Origin: Lama guanicoe
Lineage: Eukaryota
DNA: 64,000 nucleotides
Direction of reading: 5' to 3'
Assembly: GCA_013239625.1 (NCBI GenBank)
Contig: MU056050.1
Location: 3,644,084 to 3,708,083 of the forward strand
Part shown: positions 54,745 through 64,000 of the stretch, in pieces
Layout: every line of letters starts with the position of its first letter
How positions within the stretch are numbered: the stretch's first letter is position 1
The notes under the pieces: generated by a model
Seen by the model: only the letters and a program-made list of their open reading frames with translations
Databases searched by the model: none
Told to the model about the DNA's origin: nothing
Program-made: the position numbers and the translations under genes

Positions 54745-57700
54745 AGCATGCTCTATATTCATGGACTGGAAGGCTCAATACTTTAAATGTTAAATACTCC
54801 AATTAAGGAGTCAGTGATTTGAGAAATTGACAAGCTGATCTTAAAATTCATATGGAAATATCAGGGACTCTGAATAGCCAGAAAAATCTTGGAAATAAAA
54901 ACACCCAGAAAACAAACCAACAAAAAAACTAAGTTGGAGGACTCACACATCCCAGTTTCAAAACTTAGTACAAATCTACAGTAATCAAAATAATGTTACT
55001 ACCATAAGAATAGACACACAGATAAATGGAACAGAATTGAGAGTCCATAAATAAACCCATGCATCTACAATCAGTTGATTTTTGACAAGGGTGCCAAGGA
55101 TGCCAAGCCCATTCAATGGGGTGAAAAAAGTCTTTTCAACAAATGATGCTGGAGTAACTGTTTATTCAGATGCATAAGAATGAGTTTTGACTCCTACGTC
55201 ACACAATAGACACAGACTAACTCAAAATGGACCTAAATGCAAGAATTAAAGCTATAAAATTCTTAAAAGAAAACCAGTATAAATATTCATGACCTTGGAT
55301 TCCCTCACAGTTTTTTAGTTATGACACTGAAAGTATAATAAAAGAAAAAAAAGTAGATAATCGGACTTCTTCAAAATTGAAAACTTGTATGCTAAAAAGG
55401 ACATTATCAAGAAAGTGAACACAACCTATAGAATAGAAGGAAATATTTGGTCATGATTTATCTAACAAGGGATTTGCATCCAGAATATATAAAGAACTCC
55501 TATAATTTAATCACCAAAATACAAACAACCCAATTATAAAATGGACAAATGATCCAGATAGACTTTTCTCCATAGAAGATATACACATAGCCAACAAACA
55601 CATGAAAAGATGTGGAACATCAGTTGTTAGGGGAACGCAGGTTTATGAAGATGACAATGAGTGTTGGCAAAGATGTTGTGAAATTTGAGCCCTTATAAAG
55701 TGCTGATGAAAATGTAAAATGTTGAAGGTGCTCTGGAAAACACTCTGGCAGTTCCTCACATGGTTAAACAGAGTTACTCTCTGTGATCCAGAAATTACAC
55801 TCCTAGGCTTATACCCAAGAAAAATGAAAACATATGTCCACACAAAAAAGCTGTATACAAATATTCATAGTAATATTCATAATGGCCAAAATGTGGGAAC
55901 AACCCAAATGTCCAGCAGTTGATGAATAGATAAATATAATGTGATGTGTCCATACAATGGGTTATTATTTAGCCATAAAAAAGGAATGAAGTACTTATGC
56001 ATACTAATCATGAATGAACCTTGGAAAACATGTTAAGTGAATGAAGCCAGCCACAAAAGGATACCTATATGTTTCCATTTATGTCGTATAGATTTGTTGC
56101 CAAGTGATTGGGAGAGAGAGAATTGGGAATGACTACTAACAAATACGAGGTTTCAGTTTGGGGTGATGAAAATATTCTAGAATTAGATGGTGATAGTTGC
56201 ACAACATGGTGAACTACTAAAAACCACTGAAGTGTAAGCCTTAAAATGGTAAATTTTATGATACGTGGCTTATGTATCAGTGAAAAATGCAATTTAAAAA
56301 AGTCAATACAATTCCAATTAAATACCAATAGATTCTTAAAGTGGAACTTGACAGATTCTAAGGTTTATATTGAAATACTAAGGGCCAAGAATAGTACAAG
56401 AATGTTGAAGAAGAATTTCAGAGGATTTGGTCTACTTGATATCAATGTTCATTTTAAAGCTACAATAATGCAGAGAATGTAGTATTGGCCCTGGGTTGGA
56501 TAAATAGACAAATGAAATAGAATAGAGTGGGGGAAAAAAAAGACCTGCACATATATGGACAAAGAATACTCTGAAGAACAGTGAGGAAAAGGCAGTCTTT
56601 TTAATAACTATTGCTGGATCAATTGAATATTCATATGGAAGATAAATTAAACTTAGCCCCTCACACCATATGCAAATACATATTTCACATCTAAAAATCA
56701 AAGGCAAAACAACAAGATGTCTACAGGATAACACAAGACTATATGAACTTCAGGAAGGAAAATATTTATTATAGAGGACTGAAAAGCACTAATGTAAAAG
56801 AAAAGCTTGATAAATATACACCATTAATAGAGTGAGCAGCCAAGACCCAGAGTGGAAAAAATCATTTATAACACACATAACTGACAAAAGGCTCATATCC
56901 AGAACATATAAAGAACTAGTACAGATCAATAAGAAAAATATAGACAACATAATAAAGAATAGGTGGGGATTTAAACCGACGTTCACATAAGAAGTCATTC
57001 AAATGATGAATAAAAAAATGTAAATGTGCTCTTATTTAGTAATTAGGAAAATGAAAATTAAAGCCACCAGAAGATTTTACCACCAGAATGACTAGAATGA
57101 AAATGACGAAAAATACTGAATATTGGCAAGAATGTGGAGCAACTAGTACTCTGCTGATTGAACTGTAAATTGGTACAAGCTCTTTGGAAAATAATTTGGC
57201 AGTATACACTAAATTTGTGTATACTCATGAGACCCAAGATTTTCATTTTTAGATAAATACCCTAAGGAAATATGCGTACCTTTGCACCAGGAAAGATATA
57301 TATATATAAGCATATATATTCATAGCAGCATTATTTGAAATACCCCTAAACTCAGAAGAATCCAAATGTCCATCAAGAGTAGAATTGATCAAGAAATTGT
57401 GTTTTAGTCACACAATGAATAGTATTTGATAATGAAAATGAATGAATTACAGCTACATGTAATCAATCACGTGGGTGACTGTTAAAAATACATATGTGAA
57501 TGAAACATGCAGGCACAAAAGAGTATATATTGTTTGAATCAATTTATAAAAAGTCCCCAAATATGCATATTTGAACTATGATAGTTAGAAATTAAAAGAG
57601 TGGTTAAATTCAGAGAGGAATGAAGGAATAGTGATAGAGAAGGAGTAGGACTTGGAGAGTGTTCTGGGATAATGATCTCGACTGGTTAGGAGTTACATAG

Positions 57701-58560
57701 ATGTTCACTTTGTGAAAATTCATTCAAGTTGTTTATTTCTATTTTGTGTACTTTTCTCTAGATGTTTTACACTTCACTATAAAAATAAATAAAAACAGAA
57801 CAATTCAACTTCTGGATATATATCCCAAAGAATTTGAAGCAAAGTCTCAAAGAGATATTTGTACACTCATGTTCATAACAGCGTTCTCCACAAAAGCCAA
57901 AAGGTAGAAGCAACCCAAATGTCCATTGATGGGTGAAGGAATAAACAAAATGTAGTATATCTATACAGTGGAATATTATTTGGTCCTAAAAAGAAAGGAA
58001 ATTTTGCTACATGCTATAACTTGGATGAACCTTGAGGACACTGTGCTAAGTGAAGTCAGCTGATCACAAAAAAAATAAATACGGTGTGATTCCAATTATA
58101 TAAGGTATCTAGAATAGTCAAACTCATATTAAAAAAAGGAGAATGGTGGTTGCCAGGGCCTGGGGGAAGAGGGATATGGGGAATTGTTGTTTATGGGTTT
58201 AGAGTTTCCATTTTGTAGTATGAAAAATTTCTGGAGATTAGTTGTACAATGTGAATATACTTAATACCTCTAAAGCATGCAATCAAAATGATTAAGATGG
58301 TAAATTTTATGTTACTTGTATTTTACTACAATGAAAATTTTAAAATTAAAAAAGATTTAAAAATGGCATTATTGAAAAAACTGGTGAAATCCAGAGTCTG
58401 TAGTTCAGCTAATAGTAGCATCCCAAATTTAATTTCTTAGTTTTGATAATTTTACTATGGTTACATAAGAGATAAGCTGGGTGAAGGCATTAAATAGAAC
58501 TGTGTATTATTTTTGGAACTTTTCTGTAAGTCTAAAATTACTTCAAAATAAGTGAAAAAA
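54745..58560 (+). mobile_element. Stack of at least three old L1M (L1MB/MC/ME-like) 3' fragments
   Basis: Repeated ORF2-end/3'UTR motifs: caacccaaatgtcca at ~55900, ~57360 and ~57911; LWKTLWQFL..L.CDPEITLLGLYP in ORF 55719-55922. Confidence 0.85.
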
Positions 58561-60084
58561 AATGATAATATATAGTTGGTGAATTTCCATGTCAAACTGA
58601 GGGACAAGGCTGAATTTACAGAGCTAGATTATCTGTCCACTAAAACATCTTCCATTTTGGCTCTTTTCTTTCTATTTTCCTTACATAATGACCAAATGTT
58701 CCAAGATCCCATGATTCACAATAGCAGCAGCTAGTCTTAAGTATCCCATTCTTATGAATAACCAAGAGGTCCTGGATATGAAGTGGAATTATTAAACAGA
58801 CTGTTTCATTTTCTCCAAATCCCACATTTTCTTTGGCTGTTTCAATGTTTTTACCACAAAAGCAATAAAGGGTGTGGTACTCCATTCCCATAGAATGAAT
58901 AAAGAAACTTGTGTCCTTATAAAAAATGTTGCAAGTCCTATAATGTGATGTGCTGTTTTTTTTTCCCCTTGCCAATGTTTTAAGCTTTTCTTCAGTGCAA
59001 GAGAATAGTTTGTGTTTTTCCCTGATACTGATAAAACTTGGTGACCAAATTTACTGATGAAGAGAGCTAAAACTTTTGTTGGAAGGAATAATTGAGGGCC
59101 AGATATACTCATGTCTTTAACTAAAATCCGAATAGTCTTAACTTCTTGTCAAATAGTGGGATAGATTTCGATTTATTATTTTAAAAGAACTTGTATAATA
59201 TCCACTACAACTATATTAGGCATTTCTCAGCAAGATAAGGAATAAAGAGTTTGCATGTCTTTATGTCCACATATATACAAACACATGCTGTATAGAGTGT
59301 TTAATTTCCTTCCTTTCCTCCTAAAATGAGTAAAGGAATAACAGTGGCTATATAATGCTTTTGATAAATAATCCCATTTAGTTATAATAATTTTATTATC
59401 TCTTTTCTCCTGAAATCTCTTTAGATTTGAATTTGTAAAATAATGTGATATTTATTCATTATATCAATTTTGTTTCAGTTCATTTCAGATTTAAGTTACT
59501 TATGCCTAAGATAGAAATTTCTTAAGAAATCTAGAAGTAGACTTAATTGCTAGCATTTTAACAATTAATTATTTATTCAAATACGTTAATAGAGTAATCC
59601 TAACTGTATTTTTGCAACAGATTATTTTTGTATAAATCTTAATTTTGGTTTCCTCTAGTTTTGACCAACTATAATGTCTTTTGACAGACGTTCCCATACT
59701 AGATAACTGATCATTGAATTATGACCCTCAAAAACTGCAAAATACAGGGTTGATTTTGAATTGTCAAAGACAAAGTAAACTATGCAGTTTTATTTTTAGC
59801 ATGAAGTGTGCCTTTTTGAAACTAAAATCTTTGAAGATTGGTGATTTGTGTGTGGTATATATGGCAACATTATATTAGTCAAGATTATTAATATGAATAT
59901 CTTATTACTCCATCATTAAATAAATAGCAGCTAATATTTGTTATAATCATTTACTTCCTTGTCTGTTTCCCAGAAAAACTGTAGAGAAATGTTATCCATC
60001 TTTGAATCCTAGGTCCTTAAGGATAGTTTATGATATATAATAATATTAGTGATAGCAGTTAGTAGCGGCAGCAGTATTGATAAC

Positions 60085-60315
60085 AGTTAACATTTATTGA
60101 GCCCTTAGTCTATGCCAGTCCCTGTTATAAATATTATATAGTATTTGCACATTTAATCTCACAACAGACATATGGGGTCTATATTAGTATTCTCATTTAC
60201 AGGTGAGGAAGGTAAGGCACAGAGAAACTAAATAACTCTCTTAAGGTTACATAGCTTGTAAATGAGAGTTAGGATTCAAACCCAGGCAGTCTGGCTCTAG
60301 AGCTTATGCTCCCTC
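60085..60315 (-). mobile_element. MIR SINE
   Basis: atttaatctcacaacag...catttacaggtgaggaaggtaaggcacagaga...ggattcaaacccaggcagtctggctctagag. Confidence 0.85.
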
Positions 60316-62586
60316 TGTTTTATGGTTTCTCTTAAAGGAAATTTCCTACAATAATTATGTAAAGCTTCATTAATTCTTTCTAGTATTACCAGAATGCATC
60401 GTATTACTTTAATCTTATTATTTGCCTTTTAAACTCATATATTATTCATTCAACAATTACTGAATGCCTACTATGTTGTAGACATTGTGCTAGGTACAAG
60501 ACAGACATAGTCACAGCTCTCATGAAATTTAAATTCTACTTAGGGAAACAGACATTAAATATCTATTTCTGTAATACATTATTTAATTATATTATAATTA
60601 TATTTGGCTTAGTCTTAAAGCTACCTCATTTGTAAAATGTCTCCAGATTCCTCAGTCAGATGCCCTCTCTTCCTTCTCTGAATCCTCAGTACTGTGTAGC
60701 ATTCAAATGATAGGTAGTATGGTTTGCCTTATATTGCAACTGTTTAGAAATTTGTCCTTTATCATTTTCTAAAGGTCAAATTCATGGACAATTGAGATTA
60801 CTTTTTATTTATCTATGACCAGTAGGGCCCAATATAGTATCTTTTACATAGTATAGAGAGTAGGTCCTTAATATTTATTGATTGCTTAATTAAATTAAGA
60901 CAAATAAAGTTTGCTTGTATTGTTTAAAGAATGAAGCTGATGAGTGAACCACCATAAAATAAGACAACTTTTGACTTATTCTCATATCAATTCAGTAAAT
61001 TCATGTTGGCACCAACTCTTGTACTTGCTGTCTGAATAAGCTAAGCTGAATAAGAGCAGAATAGGCACTAAATTAATGGATTACCACTGAAAGCCTTTGT
61101 TCTCACCATGAGAATCGTTGCCAAAATACACAGAATCTCTACCAAAGAAACATCTCTTTTTAAAATAAACGATTTTCATGGTCACTTGAATCTACTCTAT
61201 TGTTTTGTTTGACAAACTGAAGAAATGGGAAGATTGGAAACATCCACCATTATTTAAGCAAAAATATATAAGATATGTTTTAGTGTAATGGCACACATTC
61301 TGGAAGTTTAAATTTCTAAAAAGAGAACTACTTTATAGTAGAAAACAGCTGGAGGTGACTTGGTGAGTCAGTGAAATGACATCAAAGGTTCTGCTGTTAA
61401 AAATATAAAATATGTGTCCAAAATATGTGTTTTAAAATTCACTATTAAAAATGACATATTTTATGTTTTGAAAATGGGACAGAAAGACAAGCATTGTACA
61501 TTAGGAGCAGAGATTGTTAATCATGACCATACATTTTTAAATGATAGGATACTTTGGTTTGGAATCTAATTATGTTTTTTTCAATGATAGAGGCAGAATC
61601 ATTCTATAAGCTAATTACTTATAATAAAAATCAAAAGAAGAAGCTGATTAACTTTGTGAAAAAGTTAGATGTTTGTATTATTTTATAATGATGTGGAATT
61701 TTTGAGAAATACTAAATTTAGGTTTTTTTTTTTTTCTCCATCTCTAACCAGAGGATGAGAAAATGGATAAAGAAACATGTCAAATGAGTTCTACTACAGT
61801 TGCTGCTGAATAGCATCTTGTTTGGCTATTGAAATGATCTCTTCTATTTAAAATATACACATGACTGAATAAAATGAATTTTATTACTCATAAAGATAAC
61901 TTAAAATGACTGCATTCTGGAAAATTAAAAAAAGGAACATGATACAGCTACAGGAAGATTTTGGAAGATTGTTATGTAAAATAATAAAACAATATACACA
62001 TTAGAAATAGGGTTCTAGTTTGCAGTTACTAATGAAAAATGTATTTATATGTATAAATGACACTCTGTGCAAATATATTCTAAGTATAGGTAAAATTGCA
62101 ACTTTAAAACAGCCTGTTATTAAAAAAATACAAGTTTTAAAGAAATAGAGCAGGAAATTAATCACAATTAGGTTTCAAATGAACATTAAGTATTCTACTG
62201 TTTAAAAGTGCAGGTGATAATAATCTCAGCTTGTGGTGTATGATATTTCTGTGTATATCCTATTTTCAAAACAGAATTTTAAAACAGTAGATTAAAGACA
62301 TACTTCTTGTTTTTAAGAGCAAAATGCTCTTTGATGCCATTGCACTGGAACACCAAGCTGTTTTATCTGGGTTCTTTCAAATATAAATCCAGTATAACAC
62401 ATGCAATGTACTATTTGTGCTACCAAAGGAGTCCTTCATGGATGGCAGAACTTAAGGATGGGGTTTCTATAACATGATTCAATTCACAAAAATATAACTT
62501 GAACACAAGCATTTAGAAATACCACTGTTTTATATAAAGAGGAATGTTACATGAGCTAATAATGAGAACTAACTATAGCACAGAGC

Positions 62587-62796
62587 AGGGTAGGCAAAGT
62601 TTTTCTGTAAAGAACCAGATAGTAAATACTTTAAACTTTGTAGGCCATTTGGTCTAGTAATAACTACTCACCTCTGCCATTGTGCAATGAAAGTAGGCCT
62701 AGATAATATGAATAAGTGTGGCCATATTTGAATAACACTTTAATAAAAACAGATGATGAATCAATTTGGAACTGGGCCATAGTTTGCTAACCTCTG
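62587..62796. mobile_element. MER58A-like hAT-Charlie MITE
   Basis: cagggtaggcaaagttttttctgtaaagaaccagatagtaaatac ... gggccatagtttgctaacctctg with TIRs. Confidence 0.8.
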
Positions 62797-63144
62797 TGGA
62801 CTCTGTTTCTCCTAAGCCCACTAACTAAAGTGCAGAATGTTAATAAATGAGTTTGTGAATGGATGAATGAAAGAATGAATAAATAAATAAATAAGTTAAT
62901 CTACACTGAAATTAAAGACTACCTAGTTAAGACATTCTGTTGTGAAGTTGGTTGGTTAAAATAGGCAAAGTTTAGGTTTTGATTGCTGTTAAAATGGACA
63001 TGACAAACATGCATTTGGATCCTAGAAAAAAAAATCTAATTAAACATAGTACTTTGGAAATTTCCTTTAATTCCATAGGAATTAAAATAATATTCCCAGA
63101 TAATTCTTTATGTTTTCTATCAGTCAAGATGAGGCTTGCATAGA

Positions 63145-64000
63145 AGTGACATTAGCAAGATGGCAGAATAGTAAGCATTAGACCTTTCTTCCTTTCACAG
63201 AGATACCAGTTTCCTTTGTGAGACGGTTAAGAGATTCCTGCATCCCAGGCGAGTGTGAAACTGGCTACACTGAAGCCAACAGGAATATTCATGTTACCTT
63301 CTCACATATTCTCTCCCTGTACAGTGCCATACCATTTGGAGGACATTCCCAGCTTCTGGCTCCTCCCTTGGGAGGAAAAGAGGAATCATATGTCCAACAT
63401 TCTGACATTTTTAGGGGGCTGCCCAAGATACTGGCTTCTGTCTCACCTCTCTTGGAGCGTTGATGGGATCCATCATGCTTTAGATGTATGGGGGCCGCTG
63501 AGACTAAAAAACAAAACAAAACAAAAACAAAATCTGGGCAGCATGTTGCTGCTCCAGCAGATTTGCAGTATAGAAGAAAAGTTCAGTACAGCTCAACAGC
63601 CTCTCCCTCAGGGGGAAAGAGAAAAGTGGAATATTCTGGCTTTTTTAGGGGTGGCCCGAAGGACAGGTATCTGTCTCACCTCTGTCAAAAGATGGACAGG
63701 ACCTGACATACCCTAGATGCCTTAGGGCACTGAGAACAAAAAAGAGCTGAACTCATGCTGCTGCTCCAAAGGACCTGTGGTAAATTAGATGATAATACAG
63801 CTGTGGCATTTCCCTCAGTGGGGAAAGAGAAGAGTGGAGCAAGTGTACAATGTTGTGGCTTTTTGGAGAGCTGACGAGGAACGTATTCTGTCTCACCCAG
63901 CAGAGGATGTAGGACTGAGCATATCGTCCGGGAGCCACTGAAAACAAAAAAAGAGGTAGGTGGTGTTTTGCTGCTTCATAGTCCAAAAGGACAGCAGACA
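63145..64000 (+). mobile_element. 5' UTR of another (old) L1, runs off the window
   Basis: Starts ...caagatggcagaatag (YY1-type L1 5' motif, compare 17055 aagatggtggagtag); degenerate ~205-240 bp internal repeats. Confidence 0.6.

Overview
AT-rich, repeat-dense eutherian genomic DNA. The L1 3' ends look cetartiodactyl, possibly camelid; no Alu, Bov-tA or PRE-1 SINE was recognised. The locus is probably X-linked, since TEX13 genes are. One clear protein-coding gene is present: an intact, single-coding-exon TEX13C/D-type testis gene (33323-34777, +). It has a CpG-island promoter, 21-aa internal repeats and a C-terminal RanBP2-type zinc finger. Upstream lie a full-length but dead ~6.9 kb LINE-1 (17043-23999) inserted in an L2, and a 5'-deleted, RT-less gamma-type (ERV1) provirus (28538-32359) nested in an older LTR. 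Downstream is a second, orphan CpG island (~38700-39790) with a tandem GCGGGATC array and splice donors on both strands. Between them sits a 268-codon minus-strand ORF in non-repeat-looking DNA that by eye resembles Ty3/gypsy (PEG10/RTL/LDOC1-like) Gag; this is the most interesting but unverified observation. The rest is LTRs (including a triple nest), Tigger/hAT MITEs, MIR/L2/L3 and stacked old L1 fragments. All family assignments come from recalled consensus features, not database searches.
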